A stretch of DNA of 64,000 nt from Eutreptiella sp. 'Long Island Sound 2002' (GCA_964036045.1 OZ038378.1:180606001-180670000); one strand, 5' to 3'; shown: positions 1 to 11,499, counted from the first letter of the stretch. Translations and numbers: made by a program. Notes: a model not told the origin generated them from the sequence alone.

Positions 1-70
1 AACCGACCCACAGGCAACACCACAGGCTTAGAAACAAGGACAGACACGTCAAACTGTACAGCTACGTACA

Positions 71-1292
71 CTACGGCATAGCTAAGCCGTTGAACAGGGC
101 CTCCAACCTGGTGGCCCCCAGAACATCTTCTTCGCCATCCGCAGCCAGGGGCTCAGCAATCGCTGCCAGCTTCGGCCTTTTGGACCGAAGCCCAGATGCC
201 TTGGCTGCGGGACGTTTCTTTCCACCGGGGGACGTAGTTGCGCTCCCCGCACCTGTCCGTGCCTTGAGAAGGGGAAATAAACTTCGCAGCGGAAAGGTCA
301 GCCTCATCCTACTTGGCTGTTGCTGCCTTCACCGCAGGCATTTGGGCAGTGTTACCCAGGATAACTGTGTTGCCCTATGGGACAACAGGGTGACTATCTG
401 TCTCCAGGGCTGCCCCCTTCTGCTGTGCAGCCTTTTGCTGCTTGCTGTCCTGAAGGGCGGTTTTCGCCTCTTCCTTCGCTTGAACCTTATCTTGTTCGGC
501 CTTTGCCTTCATCTTTCTTGTGGTTGGCAACCAGCTCACCAACCTTCCTACGCTGTCCAGCCCTGTCCTCCACCAACAGCTGCACAACATTCTGGGCATC
601 CACAACCTGGCCCTTGCAAGAAGGGTCAGTTCATGGGGCAGGTCTGGCGACACACTCCCATGATAAATACGGGACGCCTCATGCAAGTCCCTATCAAACA
701 ACTTCAGACTCTGTGGCGGACATACCACAGTAATCTGCCAGAGCGGAAAGTCATCAGCCAAACTGGAGGCCAAAACAAAAACTGTCCTTGCACCTTGGAT
801 TGAGGGCCAGCGCCAAGCACCTGAAGTTCCCCTGATCCAAGTCTAGCTTCAAGCCTAGCTTCACTATGGGGAACAACAGAACACTGGCCCGTACACCCAA
901 ACGACTCCCAATATAACATGGGAGTGTCACAGCCTTAGGGCTAAGCACTGCCAACACAAGGGAACCTGCAAGACCTGTTACTTTGGGGTCAGGGAGGAAC
1001 ATCTCACGCTCTTCGGTGGACCCCAAATAAATAGTCGTAGTAACCCTAAAGTTGGTGGCCCGTGAGCACCGTTGCCACCGTTTTGGTCAATCTGATCCTG
1101 GATGACAGTACCGCGCCCAAGTAGAATAATGGGCGTGCCACCATTGGCAACCTGGAGGATGTCCTGGGAGTTGCGGATATCCTCCTTCGTGGCCTCCACA
1201 TACAGGCACTGGGTGCCGCGTGCTGCCACTACTGACCCGATAGTGGGTTCGGCAACCACTAGCTTTTTCCAGTCACCAAACTCCATTTCCAC
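71..1292 (-). pseudogene. Decayed, frameshifted ORF, probably the ORF1/N-terminal part of a second retroelement pointing away from the main element
   Basis: Protein-like segments occur in shifting minus frames (978-1292, 754-1026, 704-919, 375-773, 71-307), including a charged coiled-coil-like run KAKAEQDKVQAKEEAKTALQ. No catalytic motif is visible, so the identity is inferred. Confidence 0.35.
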
Positions 1293-2367
1293 ACGGACTA
1301 GTTCCCCAGTAGTGCCAAGGGGTGCTGCACAGCGGCAACCTAGGCTAGCAATTCACCGAGGCAACATACCCAACCCACCTAAACCCCAAGCCCCACCGAA
1401 ACCCGGGCCCAAGTCAGCTCGTGGGCCAGCTAATCGTCCGTCACGGACACACCCGCCGAAATGACCGGCATCCGACATCTCCGATTTCCTCGAGATGCGA
1501 AGGAAAAGGATGCGTTCTTAGATTTACGGCGCTCGCGAGCGCCGTAAAAAAAAAGAACGTGTTTGAGGGAAAAAAACCAGAGCCGCTAGTTCTGATGGAT
1601 CAGCGCCAACCCTGGTTTGCTTCAGGGGACTACAAAATGCCCCAAAAGACAGGCTATACCAGAACAAAACCACAAACATCACAAGCAATAAACTGTTACC
1701 AAATAGGTGTCTACCATGAATAGTCCCCGTTGAACATGTCACCTATTGGCCCACGCCAATGTGACTCCCTGTTGCCCATGTCTCCCGGCTCCAGTTAGTG
1801 GACTCAGGGTCCGATGTGCATCTTGTTGTTATTGTTATTGTCTTGGCCACACGACACCACGGCGCCCCGCTCACCCTACCGCCACGAGAGACGGAGTAGG
1901 GGTGGATCTCCTTTGGAATCGGCCAAATACCCTTGCCTAGGGTCTGGGGTGTGTGCTTTCGCGACCACTTACAGAGAAAGCCCCTGCTCAACCCCTGCAA
2001 GCACTGTGGCCGGACCATGATTGCGAAGCCACATGGGGACCACAAGGGCCACGAGGGTTGTTGCCTAATGTGGGGGATGGAGCCGACCCTGTCCTTGGTT
2101 TGCGCAGTTGGGCTGTTTTTCCCACCCAGCGGAAACACTCGCCCAGCAGGTTTCTACTTTTTACCATACCCACAACTCGCTAGCATCACATGGTACCGGC
2201 GAGTTGCATTCCATCCAGCTCCAAGGTGATCCCAAAGGTATCCCCAAGGTGTCCCCAAGGTGTCCCCAAGTTGTTGACAGGGCCCAAGGGGCCACATGGT
2301 CCCAATGGTTGACGGCCTCACCTTCAACATTTCAATACACAGGCGCAAAGGGTTTTTTCGTTAATCC

Positions 2368-2794
<427 letters not shown>

Positions 2795-2796
<2 letters not shown>

Positions 2797-2992
2797 CTGG
2801 TACCACTGCGGGCGCCCCCAGCTGTCCTGCCCTTGTTACGGGTGGTTGAACTGGGGGGCGTCGTTACGCAGTGGTTTACCGTCAGCCCACCCCTGAGTGG
2901 CTCCAGGAGGTGGTGGGGCAGCCCCAGGTAGCGCCTTGTTGATGGGCTGCCGGTTTCAGGGGTGTGCGTCTGGTGTCTGTGGCGCCTGAAAC
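2795..2992 (+). ncRNA. Structured 5' terminal RNA module (tandem hairpins) of the retroelement
   Basis: Long imperfect hairpin at 2795-2883 (ACCACTGCG/CGCAGTGGT; GGCGCCCCCAG/CTGGGGGGCGTC), then perfect 8-bp stems GGCAGCCC/GGGCTGCC and GTTTCAGG/CCTGAAAC. Confidence 0.5.
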
Positions 2993-3808
2993 TGCTGGTG
3001 AGCTACGGTGGTGGAGTGGTTAGTTTTCATGGGTTCAGTTGGTGTTCGTTGGTGCACCAGGTTGGGGAAGGGGACCGGGCTGGTGCCCCCGCCCCCCCCC
3101 CCTTCTGAGAGGGACAGGGAGCAGCCCCCCCCCCCCCCCCAGTCTGAGCAGGGTGCGGGGTGTGTGCTGTGTTTGTGCGAAGTGTTGGTATCTGCTTTGC
3201 ATGCGTGCCTGCCCCTTGTCTGCTTTAACAGGCCATCAGGCCGTTACGTGGGCGTGGGATCACGATGCGGCTCCCGGGACCGGGGGCTGTGGGGATGGTG
3301 CTGCCAATCGATGGGCAGCAGCACTCTGGTATGGCCTGTGCAGGGCATTGGGAGGGGCAGATCGAGGGGTTGTGAGAGCAGTGGGTGGTGCAGGGCAGGA
3401 GAGCTGGCTAGGGGTTTGAGGCGGGGGTCGAGCCAGGGGCGGCACTGAAGTAGGGGCACGGGGGGGGCGACGGGGCTGACAGTCGTCATGGAAGCAGGTT
3501 CGCGGCAAGTGGTCAGGAGGCGTTTGGGACGCTACACTGTTTATTGCTCTGCAGGCTCCCAAGGCCGGGGGCTGACGTTGGGTACTGTGCGTGCTGGGTA
3601 TCCGGGAATGGAGCTTCTGGCGTCCAATCCAGTGGGTGCCGGGTCCAGTACATGGCCAGGGCATGCGAGATCTGGATCGAAAGGTGGCGCTGAGAGTCAT
3701 CTCCTTCAATGCCGTGTTATTCTGGTTTGAGATACTTTGTTTGCAGATATCGACTTTCTTACAGGTTTGTGTGCTGTACTTCTGTCGGGGTCGACAATGT
3801 GGAGACGT

Positions 3809-3846
3809 GTAGAGGCCATGGATCGGCGTAGAGGCCATGGATCGGC
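3809..3846 (+). repeat. Perfect 19-bp tandem duplication immediately before the array
   Basis: GTAGAGGCCATGGATCGGC at 3809-3827 and 3828-3846. Confidence 0.95.
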
Positions 3847-4229
3847 GCGCCTGGTTAAAGGGCTGTGCTTTAAAGAGAGGCGCAGCAGGATTTGTCACTT
3901 CTGGTTAAAGGGAGCGATGTAGCTAGGGCTTGAGCTGTGTACATGCCTGGTTAAAAGGCGGCGTGTTTATTTGTGCATTAAGCCAGAGTGCCTGGTTAAA
4001 GGGCAGGAACGTTTCAGACGTTCTGGCATTCATGGTGCCAGTACCCCTGGTTAAAGGGGGTGCAGAGAACGGGCCAGAGTCTCGCCGTGTGCCTGGTTAA
4101 AGGGCGGCGACTTCGAGGAATGTCGTATCAGCATGCCTGGTTAAAGGGCTGAGGGGACTTGTGAGCACGTGGTTCTGGACACGAGGGGGTGGCATATGAG
4201 CCAGGTGGCTAGAGTGTCTGGTTAAAGGA
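3846..4229 (+). repeat. CRISPR-like short repeat / unique spacer array (not a canonical CRISPR)
   Basis: Core CTGGTTAAAGGG (extended consensus roughly TGCCTGGTTAAAGGGC) starts at 3851, 3901, 3947, 3992, 4047, 4093, 4137 and 4218. Spacers of 38, 34, 33, 43, 34, 32 and 69 nt are mutually unrelated. Degenerate units lie near 4175 and 4276. Confidence 0.9.
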
Positions 4230-4318
4230 CAACCTAGTGCAGGAGCGCGTGCATGAGCGAACAGCGGGCGTACTCCTGGTAGTGTAGAATTAGCACCTGC
4301 CTGTACTCCGCTCCGCAG

Positions 4319-7150
4319 ATGCCTTCGGTTACCGCAGCAGATTTCAAGAAGTTGTCGGCGGCTAACAAGAGGCAGCAGCTGAACGGGGCAGACATCTGGC
4401 CGGTGGAGACGGTGGCTCGAGGCAAAGACAAGGAGATCTTGATGTCGGCCGTGCACAAACCGTCGGGTGAAACGGTCATCTCTGTTCCAGTCGAGGAGAA
4501 GCAGCTGCATTCGGCCGCGGTCTGGTGGTTCTATTTTACTAGTGAAGGCACTAATGTACAGAGGACTTATCTCCTGGAGAAATATCCTGATACTATGGTC
4601 TGGTCGGTATTCGCGCTGATGGCAGACCTCTCGCGACAACTCGAGGATGTCTCGACGATCGACGAAGCTGGCAACTGGCAGGCAAGTGTCATCAGTCAGG
4701 TGGACGACATGGATCTTCAGTCGTCCTTGTCCAACCTCACGCTGGAGGATTTCGTGGGGACTTTAGATGGCTCAGTGATCAAGCTTTCCCCTACCGTCGA
4801 CGTTATTCACTTATGGTACGCGGCAAGCTGCAAATTGGCGGCCGACAACAAGACGCGAATGTTGGTCAAGTTGCACTCCGACACTAGTGGTGACAAGGGC
4901 ATGGGGAAGGTACTCCGGCCGTCCCCATTGTCTCAAAATGACATGCTGAGCTACTTGCGGACCATCCGCAAGAAGACATGGAGGCAATTGCAGCTGCCGG
5001 ACACAGTGGTCACATCTGCGCAACCTGTGGTGTCGTGGAAGTCCCTGATGAAGGAATCCAAAGTGGCAGGGCAAGACAGCGACAAGCCGATGACGGAGAA
5101 GCTGCAGATTCTGCTTGCCATTCCGCACAGGGCCGCGGTGCAGCGGGCAGTGGCGTCACTGCAAGTCCTGATGGGCAAGCGGCTTGATAGGCAGCTCGAT
5201 GCTCTGCTGGCCAAGAGCAAAGATGCAGAGGGTCTTCTCTCGATCATGACCAAGTTCTGGAGCAAGAAGACGCCTTTGGAGCAGGGGGAGATAGAGGAGG
5301 ATCTGGGCCAGTGGATAGCGGCTGTGCGAGACTTGTGGGGAGATACGGGCGCGGTCAAGAGCAGGAGGGAGACATTGGAGCGCATCGAGAAGGCTATGCA
5401 GAAATTCGTGGAGATGCAGCAAGCAGCGGGCAAGGACTTGAATTGGTCAGACTTTGCGCAAGAAGGAGCCATGGAGTTAACCAACCACGAGGACGACGAA
5501 TTCGGGCACCTCATGGACTTGCTGTTGGACTTCCGAGAGGAGAAATCTGCGCCAGGGTCGGAGGCGCAGGAACGGGCGCTGAGGACCATGTTGGTCAAGG
5601 CAGTGGGAAAATGCACCCTCGGGGAGCGCAGGAAGGAGCTCGCGGACGCTTTCGACCAGGTGGTGGGGAATGCAGCGGACACGAAAAAGGCCGCTGAAAG
5701 TTTCTTGTCTAACAGGGTAGGAGCGCCAGTGGGATCGGTGGAGTTGCCTGATGGCTGTGTCAGGGTCGCTACACAGGATGTCCGCAGAGTGGTCAAACTG
5801 ACGTGGAGTACAACCGAGGACGCGACGAGGCAGGACATAGAAGGTCTGGCCAGCAAACTTCTGGGGCTACCAGTGGTACTGAGTGACAAATTACAGAGAG
5901 TGGCCTGGGGTCTCGCAAGGATTCCGCAAGCACAGTTGGATATGTTGTTGGGGACGTCCGACGCGAGAGCATTTCTTACCGACAACAAGAAGGTTGAAAT
6001 AGAGGTCCGAGTTCGCACGGAGGGAGCCAAAGAGCCCTACTTCCTGGAGGTGGGGCACTGGACAAATCTGGCAGCAGGAGACACAGACGTGGTGAGGAAA
6101 AGGCCTCTGGCTGAAGTACCAGTGGGGGTGGAGGCCCAGCGCACCAAGGTGGCGCGGCAAGGAAAAGGGGGCAACCCTCGCTCGGACAGGCCGTCCACTG
6201 GTTTCTCGGCAAGGTACGACCGATGGGACAGGCCCAAGGATCACTCCTTCGTCCGTATGGATGGCAGGTACGGGGGCAAAGGCGTAGGGGCGCAGGGTAG
6301 ATTTTGACTACCAGTCCATGTACCTCCAACGGCTGTGGTGTCGGGGCCTATGGTTGGGCTTATGCGACACTTGGAGAAGTCAATGGTCAGCCCGCACGAC
6401 TTGGCTGGGAAGATTTGGGGCGCTTGGGCGGCTGAGCTGCAGACATGGCTGGTTGCAGGAGGTGTGGAAGTGAATTACTCTGAGATGGGATTCCAGGTGT
6501 GTTGGACCTATGGGCAGGTTCAAGGGTCGGATGGCGGAGATTTTCGGTGTGCGGCATGTGAGGAACGTGGAGGGTTGCGCCTGGGGATACCTCGGGTGGA
6601 GGAATTCTCACTGCCAGACGCGGTTCAGGCCGTCTTTGGAGAGTACCTGAGCCTCTGGTCTGCGGCCATTCGACGCGAACTACTGGTCCAATTTGTGCAG
6701 TTCGTTACACCACTGGGGAATGTGAGGGGCCGTATCAAACGACGGACGTGGGTCACGGTTCTGATTTTGTTGCCGTCATCCACACTGATTGCGACTCACG
6801 AAGGCCACCATCGTTGTGCACCGTTGCCACCGCACACGGCTTGGGAGTCTCCTGGACAGTGGATATTGAAAGGGGACATTTGTGGGCTCTGTGGCAGGTT
6901 CGTGGCGCATTCGGCAGTTGTGCTGCGGCCAGGGACGTCGCCTCTTGGACTGTGTACTGGTCGTCAGCCCCAGAGCGCGCTGGTGAAGAGGGAATGGTCT
7001 CAGCGTTCGTCGCTGGGCTGCGGCTCCATCAGTCTTCGTGGGGGGGTTCCGATTCAGCGACAAAAGGACACGGAGCCCCCGGATCTGAGTCTTCCAGAGG
7101 ATGAGGATGGAGCTTGCGCAGCGTGGGTTCGGCAGTTCGCGCCCCACTAG
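4319..7150 (+). pseudogene. N-terminal (Gag/ORF1-like) part of the polyprotein: novel helical region, possible RRM-like segment, Arg/Gly-rich linker, Cys/His finger
   Basis: The 662-aa ORF 4319-6307 continues in the same frame through TGA 6305-6307 into 6308-7150 (CAAC, HHRC...W...CGLC). Domain names are inferred. Confidence 0.7.
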
Positions 7151-7960
7151 CCGGAGCGTTATGACACGGATGAGAAGACCTCTGACATCGACTTCTTGGT
7201 GTTGCAGGTGGGTGGGGGATGCGCGAAAGCGGAGGCAATAGAGGACTGGATACAAGGGCTTAGTCCTTCCGTTGTGGTGATGCAGGAGTTGTGGGATTTG
7301 GAGCTGGAGGATCACTCGTGGCCCCATAAGTATTGGGTCCGTGAGGGAGTTAAGGGGCAAGGGCTTGGATTGGCAGTGCTGCTGGCGCGCCATCTGGTGG
7401 CACCTGGAGGCCGAATGTGGCGCATCTACGACGATGAGTCAGCCCTGGTGGTGGCGTTTGACTCAGTTTCGGGGTCAATTTGGGCAGTGGGGTCCGTCCA
7501 TCTGCGGCCCGGAGACTCTTTTACTGAGAAACAAGCCGTATTGAAAGGAGTGGTCTTGTCCTTGAAAGTCGTGGGGGCAGATACCGCGTTTCCTGGAGGG
7601 GATTTCAACTGTTCATACCATAAGGAGCACTCACCGTTGCGCAGGTTTGCTGAAGGGAATTTGGAATGGAGTAGACTTGGGATGAGCTATGTTGGTGAGA
7701 TGACGGATGTGACCAACGAGGTCCCTCAGCGCGGGGGCATATCCCGAACATCCATAGACCACCCGTTCGTCTCGGGGGTCCTCGGGGAGGCAAGCGAGCG
7801 CCACCTTCTGCCGGGCATATGCTCGCACAAGGCCCAGCTGGTGGTCAGCAGAGTGCGAGGATTTTTTCGTGGGCCATTTGGCTGGAAGCGATACTCTTGG
7901 CGCCGCGTGGGGGATCAAGACAAAAGGCAGCTGATGGACTCCATGGAGGTGTTTTGGTTT
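7151..7960 (+). pseudogene. Apurinic/apyrimidinic endonuclease (EEP superfamily) domain
   Basis: Motifs VVVMQE, SVHL, GGDFN, SIDH and CSH occur in canonical order, in the same frame as 4319 after TAG 7148-7150. Confidence 0.9.
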
Positions 7961-9845
7961 CTGGGCGGCGGTAGCTGGGGCAGGGCCGGATGCGTACCTC
8001 GGAGTTTACCACCATGTTGCAGATCAGTTAGTTCACCGAGATCCAAAAACAGTGCGGGAGCAGTTCTTGAAGCGGCTGCGGGACGATGAGGACTCCGTGG
8101 GTATGGTGGCCGCTAACCGTAGGATGCTGGCAGTCCAGGCTGAGCTGCGTGAAATGGGGGTCAAAGAAGACGCACGGGAGGAGGGTCGCAGTGTGGGGAT
8201 CACGTCACCCACGAAGACGAGTATGAAAATCAGCAAGGCAGCTCTAGTTATGTTCGGGGGCATCAAGGCGCACGAGGAAGATTAGTATTTGGGGATGGAT
8301 CAGGCATTGCAGGAGATCAGCGAGCAGGCCACTGAGAACAATCGTTACAGGGGAGAATTGCTCGACATGGAGGCCCTGCAAGCGTCTTACCAGGTACCTG
8401 CAGATGTGTGGCGCTGCTTGGACGAGCTGCCAGATGACCTGTGGATCCGGATGCTGGAGCGAGGATTGGATCCTGATGCGCATGAGGATCGCATGGTAAT
8501 GGCAAAGGTCATAAAACGGGAAGGCCACAAGGTCATGCGGCGATTAAATTAGGCCCCGGCCAGGAGGATGACTGACGCCACGTTTGTGGATCTGGTGCCC
8601 TCATCTCAGCTTGAAGCCGGAGGCATGGTGGCAAGGAACGTCATGTTGAGCATCATGAGAGACCTGCACAGGGGGTCCCTCTCCTTGTTCAACGCGGTAG
8701 CTCATTACGGGATCAAGAAAAAGCCTCCATTCACGCTGATGAGTGGATACAGGCACATCTTCGTGGAGACGTCGCTGTCGCGTGTCGACTCTGCAGGCAT
8801 GCATATGGTGCTGAGCGAGGCGTCCAAGCTGAGCGGTCTCTGGGGGCCCAACCTGTTCTCGTACAGGAAGGGTTTCAGCCCGGCAATCATGGCTATTGTT
8901 CTCCGGAGGAGTGTGTACAAGGTGCTGAGTTTGTGGGGGCAGACTTGGATTCTGGACTGGGACGAGACAGGCGCGTTCCCGAAGCTTCAATTGGGGAATT
9001 TGGACCAATTACTTTCGTTGGCGGCGGAGGCAGATGACGAGCAGTCGACGTTACAGGGCGTCCGGGACGCCTACTGGATGGCTGAAGGAGACGTAGATGC
9101 TTTCTACCGCAGGCAGCGCATATACCCGGTTACAGCATACGGCTTGGGTCGACCTTACTCGGCAGAAGATGGCATGCTGGAGGGCGATTCAGCGGCCCCT
9201 ACGGTATATCAAACGGCAGGGGCAGTCGGAACTTCGTGCACTACAGTCGAGGGAGCAGTTCGCTTCAGCGGACCGCACGGTGCAGTGGCGCTCAGTGAGT
9301 TTGTGTTCAGTGACGATCGCCGCCTCATACACCACAAGAAGCATTTGTTTGAAGAATTGGTGGAAGAAAGGGTTCGCACCACCAAGGCAGCGGGGGGCAT
9401 GGTCAATCCCACCAAACTGGAGCTGTTCCACGTCGTCGACACTGAAGGAGAACTGGAGCTCAGGCAGTCGGAAGCGAACGTGGGCGTACATATGACAGGG
9501 TCTCTATCGCCTCCAACATGCATAGGCGTCCCCATTCTCCTCGGGGTACGGCCGGAAGCATGGATAGCGCGAACGGAGGAGATGTGGGGTCGAATGATCG
9601 GGCGGCTCGGAGCAGCTCACTTCGTCCCCATCAAGAACATCAGAGTAGTCATGGCTTTCATGGTGGCCAGGCTGGACTATGTGTCATCGGCTTTTGTATT
9701 TGGGGAAAACTGGCTGGTGGACCTGCAGAAGTTGGTCGACAAATCCTTCTGCGACCTGCACGGTCTGTCCATGCGCACAGCGAAACTGTTCTTGTACCTG
9801 CCGTTGGAGCACGGTGGAGGGGGATGCCCATGGCTCCCGATATGA
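7961..9845 (+). pseudogene. Non-LTR reverse transcriptase domain
   Basis: After a frameshift near 7960 one frame runs through stops at 8283-8285 and 8550-8552. Motifs: N*AP (KAPG-like), GFSP, LDWDETGAF (DxxKAF), GMLEGDSAAP (GxxQGxxLSP), FVFSDD (YxDD), VNPTK, CIGVPI. Confidence 0.92.
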
Positions 9846-11404
9846 GGGCACATCAGGTATCTGCGCACAGTGTTGGGGTTGCCGCACAGTCGCAGCGGTC
9901 TGAGACGACTGGTGGTGGCAGAAATTCTGAACAGGGAGACCCCAGGAGAGGATGTAGCACGACTTTGGGAGCTGCTGAAGGCATATGGCATCCACGTGTG
10001 CACGTCTCGGGGAGACGGCGTAGGTCTGATCAGCCCGGGGCTGGGGTCAGACGAGGAGCCGTGGCTGCTGGTGAGTGACGGAGGTTTGCGCGGTCATCGC
10101 AGAGGTGTGGGGCTGGTGCTGGCACGGCACGGGACGATCGTGGCGGTGAGGGGATACGGCTTGTTGGTGCATGCTGGTAGTTCGACGATGATGGAATGGA
10201 TTGCTAAAGCACTCCTCCTGCTGGTCACAGCACATCTCACCGGGAAGCGCATCCTGGTGGCGGACTCAGCAGCGGGGGCGTTTACGGGGGCGTCCCTGCC
10301 CCATTACCACACATGGGTGGACGCGTTGGCGAAGAAGGCACTGAAATCCATCAATTTGGAGGAGTATTCTGAGGGATGGGTCCAGGCAAAACACGACAAT
10401 GGGATGAAGGAGTTCCTGGCCCTGTGCAACGAGCACGCGGATTTTGTGGCGACAGAGCAGTCGTTGGCGGCTCAGGTTGGTCCATTCCCTATTCAGGAAC
10501 AGTGGGCGTCGGGGCCAATTTTGCAGGTGGACGGAAGGTATGTGGTAGACCCGGATGCATCGCTTGATAAGCTGTACGACGACGCCATGGTCCACAGGGC
10601 AGCCCAGGGGCTTCACGGATGGAGCGGTGAATGGTCAAGTTACGATCACGTACGGGCCGTGAAAGGTGGAGAGGTGAGCAGGGAGTCTCATCGCATGCTG
10701 ATGCTCCTGCGAGTGCTGGGAACGTGGCCGCGTTGGACAAGGTTCTGGACTGGGAGTTGGACGGGACGTCGGACTTGGAGGCCTTGTTTCGTCAAGGAGA
10801 GAAGCGTCTGTGGGTGTCAGTACAGCCGGACGGAGAGCTGCAGGACTACCTGCGTATCAAAGCAGGCGACGAGATCATGCTATGCAGCTGGTCGGGAAGA
10901 TATTTTACTTCAGGGCCTCTTCGTAATTCTTGGGGAGGGTGCCCGGTGCCGATGGCGGATATTTTTCAGTCGTGGGACTGCTCGAAGACCGTGGACCTGG
11001 AGACAGTACAGGGCCTGTTTTCTACTGGCCACAGGACCTGGGATCATGGGCAGCACCCCAGGGTAGTGACTACTGAGGGCCTGCCAGCCTCCTTGCTCGA
11101 GGCAGTGACTGTCGCTTGGCTGGTTCGCGGATGCACCAGCTGGCAAGTGTATATGAGCAGTCCATTGTTGGTGGACCTGCCGACTCAGCAAACGGCTGCT
11201 GATGACGTTCCCTGCACCCTGTACTGCGGGGCGTCTGCCATCTCTTTTCCTGCAGGATCCCCTTATATTGTCCGAGTAGGTGAGCAGGATCAGGTTCAGG
11301 ATCTGGATTTCGAGTATTATGGGTCCCAGTGTCCTTTTCGCATGACAGTGGGACTGCCGTGGGCAGCGCGGAAGGAGCTGGCTCCGCTGGCGCGTATCAG
11401 ATGA
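9846..11404 (+). pseudogene. RNase H domain and C-terminal extension of the polyprotein
   Basis: Same frame as RT after TGA 9843-9845. LVSDGG, STMMEW, LVADS, WVQAKHD and NEHAD give the D-E-D-D catalytic set. A frameshift near 10720 leads into the 10631-11404 frame. Confidence 0.85.
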
Positions 11405-11499
11405 TGTCGAGTTCTTCAACACGACTTCAGGTCTGCATTGCCTGTGCCAGTGCCAATGCAGAGGCTCTGGAGCCGACGCCAGAGCCAGAGCCGGCGGCA

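Noticed and set aside
3959-3991. Spacer 3 shares GTGCATTAA and TTTATTTG with 11500-11518 (self-targeting?)
   Set aside because: Matches of 8-9 nt are expected by chance in 64 kb on two strands.
3846-4229. Canonical CRISPR-Cas locus
   Set aside because: The repeats are only 12-17 nt, no cas genes are present and the context is eukaryotic. It is reported as CRISPR-like only.
3737-4290. Array as a coding LVKG peptide repeat
   Set aside because: Most periods (50, 46, 55, 46, 44) are not multiples of 3 and stops intervene.
4811-10235. Antisense and alternate-frame ORFs over the retroelement (e.g. 4951-6030, 6776-7393)
   Set aside because: Shadow ORFs of a GC-rich coding strand with no independent motifs.
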